Shown here piece after piece: positions 54,644-64,000 of a stretch of 64,000 nucleotides of DNA. The first letter of the stretch is position 1. Each line of letters opens with the position of its first letter. The stretch lies in assembly GCA_965240325.2 (NCBI GenBank), contig OZ251228.1, forward strand, positions 2,294,001 through 2,358,000, in the 5' to 3' direction. The position numbers and the translations under genes were made by a program. A model generated the notes under the pieces. The model saw nothing but the letters and a program-made list of their open reading frames with translations, searched no databases and was not told the origin of the DNA. Source of the DNA: Rebecca billardiae RCC1528. Its lineage: Eukaryota; Protista; Haptophyta.

Positions 54644-57013
54644 CTAAATCAGCCCGGGCCGATTTAAGCTTATCTCAGCCCGGGCCGATTTAAGCGCTTA
54701 AATCGGCCCGGGCTGAGATAAGCTCCGCGCGAGCTTATCTCAGCCCGGGCTGAGATAAGCGCTTATCTCAGCCCAGCGGCTCGCGACTCGGCCTCGCGCG
54801 GTGCGGCCCGCCCGCTCCATGGCTGCACGCGCTGCTGTGTCTTCGGTGGCCACAGGGTGAAGTGTGCTGAGTCTAGTGGCGGGCCCAGCTCCACCCACCC
54901 CCTTCTCCCTGGCCCGCCCCGCCTGCCCTCGCCTGCATCGGATGCCTTCCTCGCGCATGCAACGGCCTCAGCCAACGCCATTGTTCCACCATCGATTCCA
55001 CCATCGACGGTCGCGGGTACTTGTACGTCGTGTGCTGTACATGTGTGTCATGTGTAATCGCACGCATGTGGCCACGGCCCACGTGCACCTGTCTGCCGTG
55101 TGCCGTTGCCCTTGTACCACGTTGCCCTTGTACCGTTCGCGCGTTGCGGCATGTGCTTGCCCAGCTTGGCATACTTGCCGGTCACGCTCGACGCTGGATC
55201 AGCCAATCATCGCGATCCCGTCAGATCGAAACGGTCCCTTCGCGCGGCGCACTACTCTGCGCGGCGGCTGCCGGTTCACGACCGAGCTTGGACCATCGGC
55301 TGACAGCTGTGGTGTGCGGCTCGCTGCGTCTCAAGTGTGGCAGGCGCTTCGGCAGAGTAATACACTGTCGACGGTCGTGGCGCCGCAGCTGGTGGGCTCA
55401 CCGGCGCCGTCGCGCTCGCAGCTTTCGGCGCGCTTGGCGAGCACGCCAAGGTCGCCGCGCGCACCGTGGTCCGCGTGCACACAACGGCCGCCGCGCGCGC
55501 CGCAGCCGTCTTGCGCGCCGCAGCCGGCGAGCGCGCCGCGGCCGGCGAGCGCGCCGCGGCTGCTGAGCGCGCCCGGCCGGCGAGCGCGCCGCGGCCGGCG
55601 AGTGCGCCGCGGCTGCTGCGCGCGCCCGGCCGGTGAGCGCGCCGCGGCTGCCGCGCGCCGCGCGGCTGGCGATTGCGCCGCGGCTGCCACGCGCGCTGCG
55701 GCCGGTAAGCGCGCCACGGCGGCAGACAGCGTAACTCGGCCGTCGCGCCCGGCCGGCGAGCGCGCCGTGGCTGCTGCGCGCGCCGCGGCTGCCGCGCGCG
55801 CCGCGGCCGGCGAGCGCGCCGAGGCCGACCAACGCGCCGCGACCGCCCCGCGCACGGCGACCGAAGGCGAGTCTGTGGCGGATAGCGAGCTTGCCGCTGC
55901 GGCTAGTGAGCGCGCCGCAACCGGCGCGGATGGATGGTGCAGCCGGGGCTTGCGCCACCGCGACCGGTGAGCAGGCCGCGCCAGCATGCGTAGGTATTGG
56001 CGAGCGCGCCACCGCAACCGGCGAGCGCGCACCGCACGGGCCACAGATGCCCATTGGCCCAACGCCGCAGGTGCCCATCAAGCCTGGCGCCAACACGTGA
56101 CAGTTGCGCGATGAGGCTGAGCGTGCTCGCCGGCCGCTGCGCGCTCACTGGCCGCGGCGGCGCGCTCGCTCGCTATCCGCCACAGACTAGCCTTCGGTCG
56201 TCGCGCACGGCCGCGGCGCGCTGGTCCGCCGCGGCGCGCGCGGCAGCCACGGCGCGCGCGGCAACCGCGGCGCGCGCGGCGGCCACCGCGCGCGTGGCGC
56301 ATGCGGCGGCCGCTGCGTGCGTGCGGACCGCGGCGCACACCGCAACCTTAGCTTGCTGTCCGTGCGCACCAGCCCCTGAGCCGCGGCACGCGCTGCGAGC
56401 TTGGCGTGCTCGCCGTGCGCGCCGACAGCTGCGGGCGTGCCGGCGTCGGCGCGCCCACTAGCCGCAGCGCCATGATCGTCCATGGAGCTGCGCCGGTGCC
56501 CATGCCTGTGCCGCTGGCACCGGTACGCCCGCGCGCGGCGGCCGCGGTGGCAACGTTCAGCACATTTTGAACAACGTGCAATGGCAACAGCACACAACCG
56601 ACTGTAGCGCACGGGCCGTGTTCACCCGCGTGCGACTACGCGCGGACATGGTCAACTGGCGAACGTCGATGGTGCGTCCATGGTGTTGGCTGCATGCTTC
56701 TCATGCGGGCAGCAAGTCCACAAGCCGAGTTGCCGCCGTGGAGTTGCATGCGCGAGGAAGGCATCCGATGCGGGCGAGGGCAGGCGGGGCGGGCCAGGGA
56801 GAAGGGGGTGGGTGGAGCTGGGCGCCCGCCACTAGACTCAGCACACTTCACCCTGTCGGTGTGGCCACCGAAGACACAGCAGCGCGTGCAGCCATGGAGC
56901 GGGCGGGCCGCACCGCGCGACGTGCGCTCCGAGTCCACGGCGGCCGAGTCGCGAGCCGCTGGGCTGAGATAAGCGCTTATCTCAGCCCGGGCTGAGATAA
57001 GCTCGCGCGGAGC
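54644..57013. mobile_element. Foldback-like non-coding element with long inverted arms made of iterated palindromes
   Basis: 54722-54963 is the inverse of 56743-57013; weaker symmetry between 55375-55500 and 56360-56475; interior GC-rich 18-21-bp repeats. Confidence 0.75.
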
Positions 57014-57018
57014 CAACC

Positions 57019-57739
57019 GGTCCAGACCTCAGGATTATCCTTAACCTGCACGCCAGTGGGCGGGTTAAGGGTTTCGTCAGGTGCGCGCGCTGTGGCGGAC
57101 GCTCCCGCCGCCACCTCGCTCTCGCCTTCCGCCGCCAGGGCGAGGCCGCGCGAAGTCCAGTAGATCTTCCGATGGGACGCAGCGGGGCGGTAGCGAAGCG
57201 GTGAACTACTGTCGCTTGCGCGTGGCGCAGCGCTTCGCGCCCTCGCACCTCGACGGTCAGCTGCAGGCCCGCGCGAGCGCGAGCCGGTGTGCCGCCGCCA
57301 CATTCAGCCAGAGACATGCCGCGCCTTGCCTGCCGAGGCAGCGAAGAGGCACGCACGTGAAGCCGCTGGGCGCCATGGCGCGCGCCCATGACCGTACTGT
57401 CACATGGCTCACGCCGTCCTGGGATGCGCGCCTCGGGTTGCGCTCAGCGCGCGCATACTTTGCGGGGACGACAGCACGGCTGAAGCCGAGAGGCGGCGCA
57501 CACGCCCGTGCGGGCTCAAGGCGCCGAGAAGATGGTCAGACGCGAGTTGCCCGGCGCAGGGCGGCGCAGAAAGGCCCTATGCCTCTGCCCGACCGCGTGC
57601 GCCATCGCCGCGTGCACGTCTACGACCGCGGCGGCGCGGCAGCGGGCGGCGCCTCGCGGCGGATGGCTGTGGCGGGCGCACGCGGCGGGTTTTGATTTTT
57701 TCTCATTTTCCGAGTTTCCCAAATCCTGAGGTCTGGACC
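57019..57739. mobile_element. MITE-like element with 18-bp perfect terminal inverted repeats
   Basis: ggtccagacctcaggatt (57019-57036) and aatcctgaggtctggacc (57722-57739); no TSD visible. Confidence 0.7.
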
Positions 57740-58080
57740 AATTCTATGATTTAAAGACACAGGCACGAGGGCGCAGCTCTCCTGATTCGTCTGTAGTGGT
57801 ACTGGTCGAAGCTTGCAGCAGTGGCAGTGGTGTGAGCGCGTTGGTGTTGGTCCCCATGGCGGATGTCGTTGTTGTCGTCGTCCGGACGTCGTCAGGCCCA
57901 CCAGGAAGTGCATGGGTACGAAATCAAAGGCGAGTGAGCATGTTGGCGTCGGCCAGGCCGTCCCCTACTTGGTCAGCAGCTGGTGCGGATGATGTCGTCG
58001 CCTACTTGGTCAGTGGCAGGTCATGGTGGACGATGGTGTAGCCTGTTCTTGGTCAGCAGCTGGTGGATGATGTTGTGGCC

Positions 58081-58558
58081 GAAGTTAGTAGTAGTTGGAC
58101 TCGCCTGAGTTAGTAGTAGTTGGACTCGCCGAAGTTGGTAGTAGTTGGACTCGCCGAAGTTAGTAGTAGTTGGACTCGCCTGAGTTAGTAGTAGTTGGAC
58201 TCGCCGAAGTTAGTAGTAGTTGGACTCGCCGAAGTTAGTAGTAGTTGGACTCGCCGAAGTTAGTAGTAGTTGGACTCGCCGAAGTTAGTAGTAGTTGGAC
58301 TCGCCGAAGTTAGTAGTAGTAGTTGGACTCCCCGAAGTTAGTAGTAGTTGGACTCGCCGAAGTTAGTAGTAGTTGGACTCGCCGAGGTTAGTAGTAGTTG
58401 GACTCGCCGAGGTTAGTAGTAGTTGGACTCGCCGAGGTTAGTAGTAGTTGGACTCGCCGAAGTTAGTAGTAGTTGGACTTGTCGAAGTTAGTAGTAGTTG
58501 GACTCGCCGAAGTTTGTAGTAGTTGGACTCGCCGAAGTTAGTAGTAGTTGGACTCGCC
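58081..58558 (+). repeat. 25-bp minisatellite, 19 copies, in the LINE 3' UTR
   Basis: gaagttagtagtagttggactcgcc units, one with an extra tag. Confidence 0.97.
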
Positions 58559-58733
58559 GTCGGGGACTGGTTCCGGTACTTGTGGGGGATGGTCGTGTCT
58601 CTGCTGGGCCTGGTGGTTCTGGTTGAGCTCATCCTCCTCCCCCCCCCCCCCCCCCCCGGCGCTTGGGCAGTTCCCCCACCCTCCCCAGCAGGGGCCTCTG
58701 GCCAGCCTGAGTTCTGCCTGCGGGCCAGTGGCC

Positions 58734-61700
58734 TCAGTGGGCCTGACCTCGCAGTGCCCTTGGGACTGTGGTCCTGTAATGGCCCCTCCAGTGAGAGATG
58801 ACCCTGGTCTGTCCGAGTGCGCCCGCTGCCAGCCTGGTGGCCACTTGGGGCCAGGGTAGCACCTCAATGTGCAGCGGGTCGTGCCGGTTGTACTGGGGGG
58901 AGCCTGGGCTGTGGAAGACCTGGACCATACGAAGAGGGGCGCCGGTGTGAGGGTCTCTGGTGACCAGGACGACTGTGGTGTTCGCCCCTGCTGCCACACA
59001 GGGGAGGAGTGCATCTGCCAACGGGGTGCCAGCCTCTCGAACCGTGCCCAGGGTGGCAGCCGCTGCTGCTGCCCTCTGTGCGCTCCCATTGGGCTCGAGG
59101 TGGGCCGGCTGGGGGGCCACTGCGGCCGCCAGGACCCCCTGGTGCTGCGCACTCAGGGACAGGGCGTGCTGTACGGTGGCTTGCCTCAGTGCCTGGGCGC
59201 TCCTGGTTGCCCCTGCTGGGTCTTCGCGGGCCCCTGCGCGGGTGACGCCCAGTACCGCAAGGAACCCGCAGTTGGCACCAGTGCCATCGACGTCAGCATC
59301 CTGCAGTTCAGCTGCTGCATAGTAGGCATTGAGGGCCTGTTGGCCAGGTTCCTGCTGGGCCAGTGGGCCAGGGGGTGGAGGGGCCCTGCTGCCGGCAGGG
59401 GGCTGGCGCCCCCCTGCTGGGCCCTCCTGGCTGCTTGATGGGGGTCGGGGGCCCTGTGTTCGGTCAGGGGAGGGTGTGAGTCTTGGGCCGCTGGCGGACG
59501 ATCCCTGGGTCTGCCCATCTCTGGGGCTCGCTCCCCCTGTGAGGCGGCCGCGGCGGAGAGCGGTGAGGAAGTGTGCGAGGTCGTACCGGCGCTGGCGGCC
59601 CTCCGTCCCAGCTGTAGCTAGCTCGAGGCGCTTGTGGTGGATGTGGGTGGTGACGCTGACGATGGTAGAGTGTAAGCTTCCCACCTTGTAGCTGCCGTCC
59701 CGCCCGGCTGGCTGGCCATCCTGCTCGTCTGACTGGTCTGCATCGGCAGAGGCGCTGTTACTGTCTCCCCCGTCCCGCGCGGTCCGCCAGGGGTACTGTT
59801 TTGCGCTCTCCTGGGCGGCTGCCACTACTGCCTTGGGGATCTGGCCCGCATAGTAGTGCCGGTGGGCTGTAGCCTGCTCTGCCAGGTCTTGCCTGTCTTG
59901 CATCGGCATCCTGCCGCCAGTGCGCTTGTCAAGCATCCGGATGATGCTATGCTGTGCCATGCTCCTGGCGTCGGCGTGGGGGCAGTCACAGAAGACGTGC
60001 GTGGCAGAGTCCGGCCCAGGGGCGGCCGATCCTGCCTCGAGGCAGAACAGACATTCGGTGCCCAGCGTGCAGTCCGGCCATTGCTGGCTATATGGGACTG
60101 CATCCAATCCTGGGTTGGCCCCCGCAGCATCTTGATTATACTCCAGTGCCCCGACGCAGCACCTGAGGACGAACTTGGTGAGGCGCTCTGGCTTGGTGAA
60201 CTGGTTCCGCAGCGAGAGGGTGGATTCCTGGGTGTGTAGGGAGTCGTCCCCCATCTTGATGGCGTACTTGGCGCTCCTGCGCTGCCTCTCTGCCGCCTGT
60301 TCGGGGGACTCGTCGTTGCCAGGGGTGGGATCCAGGCGCGCCTCCAGGGCTGCTCTGCGGGCGCGCTCTATTACCAGCCTCCTGACAGGGAGGGGCCCTG
60401 ACTGCAGGAGAGCCCCTGCAGTGTCCACCAGCCCATATGCTGCAGGGAGCCAGACGTTCTTTCCTAGCCTGTGTGATGGGTCCATGCCATCCACAGCCAC
60501 TCGCTTGGCTGCCCAGTCCGCACACAGGTTGCATACAGTGCGGTCTACGTCTTCGGAGGAAGGTTCGGTGCCCACGAAGGCCCTGGTGGCTCTGCGCAGC
60601 GATGCCAGCTGGGGAGGGGGCACTGTGTAGGTGCCGCCCGACGCGTCCGGTTCCGGCTGGAGAATTTCGCGCACCATATCGTCCAGTGATGGTCCACCCC
60701 TTCCGCGTGAGTGGCCGCTCATTTGGGGGTAGTACATCCAGGTGGTGCCGCGAGAGCACTCGTCAATCACATGCAGGAGCCTGGACATGTGCGGGTTGTG
60801 GGCCTGATTCTTGCTCATTCTGGGCTCCCAGCCTGGGGGGCGGGTGGTATTTGGCTGGGCTGCCTGGCCCCCTGCTGCGGAGTCCAACGCTGGCCTGGCC
60901 CAGAGGAGGTGCTTGAGTGCATCGTCGCAGTCCCAGCTGACATGAATGGTGCTACCTGGTAGGCCAGCCAGGAGTTTGGTGAGGAGTGTGGCAGATGCCA
61001 CCTCCGAGTTGGCTGCAGTCTGCTGCCCGTGGTATGTGGCACTTGCCAGGCGCACGCACTCCTGGTCTCGCAGCCGGCCTGCGCCACGGGCATGTACAAT
61101 GTAGGCGGCCCCAGCGGCCCCTGTGGCTGTGTCTGGCTTGTACGACCCATCTACCCCCGCTGTGACGGTGGCTGCTGCCTGGGTCACGTCTGCTGGTGCA
61201 GTGGGCACATCTGCCTCATAGGCGGCCGTTCTGGCTTCCTGCAGATGGGCGGTGTACAGGAAATTTGCGGGGCTCGTGGCCAGTTTTACCGCAGTGCGGA
61301 CAATGAGGCCTGCCATTGCTTCCGCAGCTCCTGCGTGGTGCTGCACAGCCGTCCACACCATGCTGCTGCCAGTGTGTGTGAGATGGCTGAGAGCTGGGGT
61401 GCCCTGTGCGTTGAGCAGACGTTCCATGGACGTGCCATTATCGCTCAGGATGCTGCTCTCCATCGGGCTAGGCTGGCAGTCTCCCCCTGCACTTGCAGCC
61501 TGCAGCAGGGTGCCCATGGGGGTGTCGCCCAGGGCTGCGTAGTCCCGCGCGTCCCAGTCCGCTAACAGCTCCACGAGTCTCTCCTGATCAGAGGCCCTGC
61601 TAGGGATGAGGGGGGACCTGCAGGCCTCTCGCAGGGTCAGGTTGGCCAGTGTTGCGGAGCAGGCCAGCAGCCATGGCTCTGTGCCCCTGGGCGCGAGCGA

Positions 61701-64000
61701 CAGGGCCTCCATTCCGCCTCTCACTGCAGGGGGCGCCAGTGTTCCGCTGGCCGGTTGTTGTCGGTGTGCCTCCAGGCAGGTCCTGGTGAGCAGGCCCACT
61801 TGTGTGGGGCTGTTGGCAGTCCGAAGGAGGGCAGCCGCTTGCACCCCGGCCTGCAGGGCGCTCGGCTCCTCCGGGCCTATCCCCATGCTGGGGGCTGGCC
61901 CACTGCCTGCTATGCGGGCCGCGGAGGGCGGGAGACCAGCTCTGCCCCACACGATGTCCATCACGATGGCGCGCATTTTGTCTGTGATGCCGTAGCGGCG
62001 CACATCGCTCGCAGCCAGGTAGTAGCCTGCCACAGAGACCACATCATGCTGGAGGAGAGTGCCTGTGGTCACAGTGTGGCAGGCCGGGTCCCTGGCCGCT
62101 ACTGCCACTTTCCAGGAGGCCGCGCGCAGCTTTGTCTCCAGTTTTGCGGCGTGCTTTGACCAATCGAGGTGGAGGGTGAGGACGTATCCGAGGTACTCAA
62201 AGTGGGTGTCTGGTCCGATGGAGGGGACAGTGGCCTGCTCACCGGCTATCTCAACGCGGAGGGGGGGCAGAGGAGGCACGCCGTGCGCCCCTCTGCCCCT
62301 TCCTTTCTTTGCGTGCACACACTTCGAGGGGTTGAGTGCCATGCCGTGAGCGCTGAGGAATAGTCCCAGTGCGCGCACTTGGGCGGCGCTGTCCGTCTCT
62401 GACTCTGCAAGGAAAGCTATGTCGTCCATGTACCCCAAGATGCGCACCTTCAGGGAGTCTCCTGCGCCAGCGTCATGCCTGGCTGCTGGAAACGAGTATC
62501 CATGGTCAGGGTGGCTGGCTGAGTAGGACGCAATGAACATGTTCATGAAGAGACAGAATTTTATGGGACTTAGCGGGCAGCCTTGCTTGCACCCACGCAG
62601 TATCGGCACTTTGTCAGTGTGGCCATAGGGGGTCCTGGTGGTGGCCACAGAGTGAGCGTCCAGTCGGTCAAGTTCATCAATTAGTTGGGCGGAGAAGCCG
62701 TGCAGGAAAAGGGCCTTCCTCAGCGACTCATGGGGCACTCTGTCAAAGGCCTTGCTTATATCACATGTAGTGACGTGGATCTCGGCAGAACTGGCCTTGG
62801 CATGGGTCATGGCTGCCACCAGTGCCGCCACTTGGAGCTCCGGCTGCCCGTGCTTGCTCGCTGCCGCTTGTTCCGGCGAGATCAGACCCAGCTGGTCACA
62901 GATCGACTGGATGCATTTCGCCCTGTGTGCTGCCGCCAGTTTGTACACAGTGCTTTGGAGTGCCACTCCCCTATAATTGTTCAGATCGTGAGGGTCCCCT
63001 TTGCCTTTGTAGAAGTAGGCAAGCTCTGCGTCTTTGAGGTGGGCTGGTACAGCCGCTGCGCGGAGGATTGTGTTGACGATGTTGACCAAGATGCCTTCAA
63101 AGGCTTTGTTGATCTTTATCAAGAGTTTCAACGCGCATACTTGGATCCCGTCCAAACCAGGGGCAGCGTTCGAGTCAGCTTTTGCCAGGAGGGAGCGCAG
63201 GCCTTCCAGGTCCAGCAGGGAGCTTTCCAGCGCTCGCTGGGCCGGAGTCCATCTGCTTCGGATCTCTTCCCAGACTGCTTCATTTGTATCCTCAATGGCA
63301 GGCCCCTGCCTGCAGCTCGGCGCTGTCCCCACGTTGTTCGCCGTGTGCGCCTCTGCGTAGCGTTTGATTTTGCTTGGGTCGGAGGTAATTTTCCCACTGC
63401 CAGCGTCCAGGTCATTGAGCATCATCATCTCGAATCCAGCATGGTTTGATTTGGGGAAGAGCATTTTGCGAAAGTGGCGGGTGCATTTCCTCCGCATGTC
63501 GTCTTGGATTTTTCTCGTCCTGTCCTTGGCAAGAGTGTCCTCGTGCTCGCGCTGCAGGAGCTCGTATTCATTTTGGTGCAAGGCTTGTCGTGCTTTCAGT
63601 TCCGACAGCCACTGTGCTGTCGAGGCGGGCCCAGCCTGGTAGATGGCCTCCAGGGTGGGGAAAGGCAAGCCGAGCAGCTGGGGCATACCCTCAGGGGGGA
63701 CGTTTGCGGTAGTCAGTGCCGATTCATAACTGTCCAGTGCTTTTGCCAGGCGCACCGGCTCCGCAAGTCGCCCATGCCTGCTGTGGCTGCTGTACCTGAA
63801 GCCTGTGTGCACTTCCCCATGCTGCTCGCTAGCACCTGGGCGGATTTGCTGCAGCCTGGTGATCACTGCGACCTGGCGGCGGTACGCATTCCCCAGTTTG
63901 AAATCCCTGAGGGCATTCGGCGCGATCGCTTTGGGGGCCCGCCTGCCAGGGGCTACTGTGGTCTCCCGTGGCTGCTGGCTGGAGTCGAGTGCAGACGTGA
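58734..64000 (-). CDS. LINE polyprotein: reverse transcriptase, RNase H, CCHC finger, OTU-like protease; open to the window edge
   Basis: APGLDG, YKGKGD..NNYRGVAL, DISKAFDRV, GCKQGCPLSP, YMDD (62421-62432), YLG; RNase H VDGS/NSE/WDC/GHS/NLCADWAAK; CLFC..DSATHVFCDC; VDGTGANCGFLAV..LRQATV..GHY. Confidence 0.92.
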   Translation of the reverse strand, partial: TSALDSSQQPRETTVAPGRRAPKAIAPNALRDFKLGNAYRRQVAVITRLQQIRPGASEQHGEVHTGFRYSSHSRHGRLAEPVRLAKALDSYESALTTANVPPEGMPQLLGLPFPTLEAIYQAGPASTAQWLSELKARQALHQNEYELLQREHEDTLAKDRTRKIQDDMRRKCTRHFRKMLFPKSNHAGFEMMMLNDLDAGSGKITSDPSKIKRYAEAHTANNVGTAPSCRQGPAIEDTNEAVWEEIRSRWTPAQRALESSLLDLEGLRSLLAKADSNAAPGLDGIQVCALKLLIKINKAFEGILVNIVNTILRAAAVPAHLKDAELAYFYKGKGDPHDLNNYRGVALQSTVYKLAAAHRAKCIQSICDQLGLISPEQAAASKHGQPELQVAALVAAMTHAKASSAEIHVTTCDISKAFDRVPHESLRKALFLHGFSAQLIDELDRLDAHSVATTRTPYGHTDKVPILRGCKQGCPLSPIKFCLFMNMFIASYSASHPDHGYSFPAARHDAGAGDSLKVRILGYMDDIAFLAESETDSAAQVRALGLFLSAHGMALNPSKCVHAKKGRGRGAHGVPPLPPLRVEIAGEQATVPSIGPDTHFEYLGYVLTLHLDWSKHAAKLETKLRAASWKVAVAARDPACHTVTTGTLLQHDVVSVAGYYLAASDVRRYGITDKMRAIVMDIVWGRAGLPPSAARIAGSGPAPSMGIGPEEPSALQAGVQAAALLRTANSPTQVGLLTRTCLEAHRQQPASGTLAPPAVRGGMEALSLAPRGTEPWLLACSATLANLTLREACRSPLIPSRASDQERLVELLADWDARDYAALGDTPMGTLLQAASAGGDCQPSPMESSILSDNGTSMERLLNAQGTPALSHLTHTGSSMVWTAVQHHAGAAEAMAGLIVRTAVKLATSPANFLYTAHLQEARTAAYEADVPTAPADVTQAAATVTAGVDGSYKPDTATGAAGAAYIVHARGAGRLRDQECVRLASATYHGQQTAANSEVASATLLTKLLAGLPGSTIHVSWDCDDALKHLLWARPALDSAAGGQAAQPNTTRPPGWEPRMSKNQAHNPHMSRLLHVIDECSRGTTWMYYPQMSGHSRGRGGPSLDDMVREILQPEPDASGGTYTVPPPQLASLRRATRAFVGTEPSSEDVDRTVCNLCADWAAKRVAVDGMDPSHRLGKNVWLPAAYGLVDTAGALLQSGPLPVRRLVIERARRAALEARLDPTPGNDESPEQAAERQRRSAKYAIKMGDDSLHTQESTLSLRNQFTKPERLTKFVLRCCVGALEYNQDAAGANPGLDAVPYSQQWPDCTLGTECLFCLEAGSAAPGPDSATHVFCDCPHADARSMAQHSIIRMLDKRTGGRMPMQDRQDLAEQATAHRHYYAGQIPKAVVAAAQESAKQYPWRTARDGGDSNSASADADQSDEQDGQPAGRDGSYKVGSLHSTIVSVTTHIHHKRLELATAGTEGRQRRYDLAHFLTALRRGRLTGGASPRDGQTQGSSASGPRLTPSPDRTQGPRPPSSSQEGPAGGRQPPAGSRAPPPPGPLAQQEPGQQALNAYYAAAELQDADVDGTGANCGFLAVLGVTRAGAREDPAGATRSAQALRQATVQHALSLSAQHQGVLAAAVAPQPAHLEPNGSAQRAAAAAATLGTVREAGTPLADALLPCVAAGANTTVVLVTRDPHTGAPLRMVQVFHSPGSPQYNRHDPLHIEVLPWPQVATRLAAGALGQTRVISHWRGHYRTTVPRALRGQAH

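Larger units (their letters stand above)
57740..64000 (-). mobile_element. Non-LTR retrotransposon (5' part outside the window)
   Basis: Long RT ORF, ~1-kb 3' UTR, terminus ...ctgtgtctttaaatcatagaatt also found dispersed; visibly lower GC than host genes. Confidence 0.93.

Noticed and set aside
58081-58558. CRISPR array
   Set aside because: Units are contiguous with no unique spacers, the context is eukaryotic and there are no cas genes.

Overview
Very GC-rich eukaryotic genomic DNA. Short GT(GCGC)/GC...GCAG introns and compact head-to-head gene pairs suggest a haptophyte-type microalga (inference). Host genes: a bacterial-like glycosyltransferase (runs off the 5' edge), PPIL2/Cyp60, an inverted pair of membrane-anchored DUF3494 ice-binding-like proteins, YbeY, a UBZ-finger/DOT1-like methyltransferase, NDH-2, an ATP-grasp ligase, a Tudor-like/DUF2786 protein, a ~2100-aa coiled-coil protein and a VTT/DedA protein, plus several pseudogenes. 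Most notable: (1) four copies of an apparently mobile cassette encoding EsV-1-7-type Cys/His repeat arrays (15, 10, 5 and 14 x 114 bp), with hypervariable codons and an NLS-like plus acidic tail, one copy being a recombinant of its neighbours; (2) an intact-looking non-LTR retrotransposon ORF with RT, RNase H, CCHC and a C-terminal OTU-like protease domain, plus a 25-bp 3' UTR minisatellite and a dispersed 3' tail; (3) non-autonomous Helitron2-like elements, two forming a ~5.2-kb inverted arrangement and one carrying a captured gene fragment; (4) a foldback element built from iterated palindromes, abutted by a MITE and the LINE. All domain calls come from motif recognition by eye; no database searches were run.
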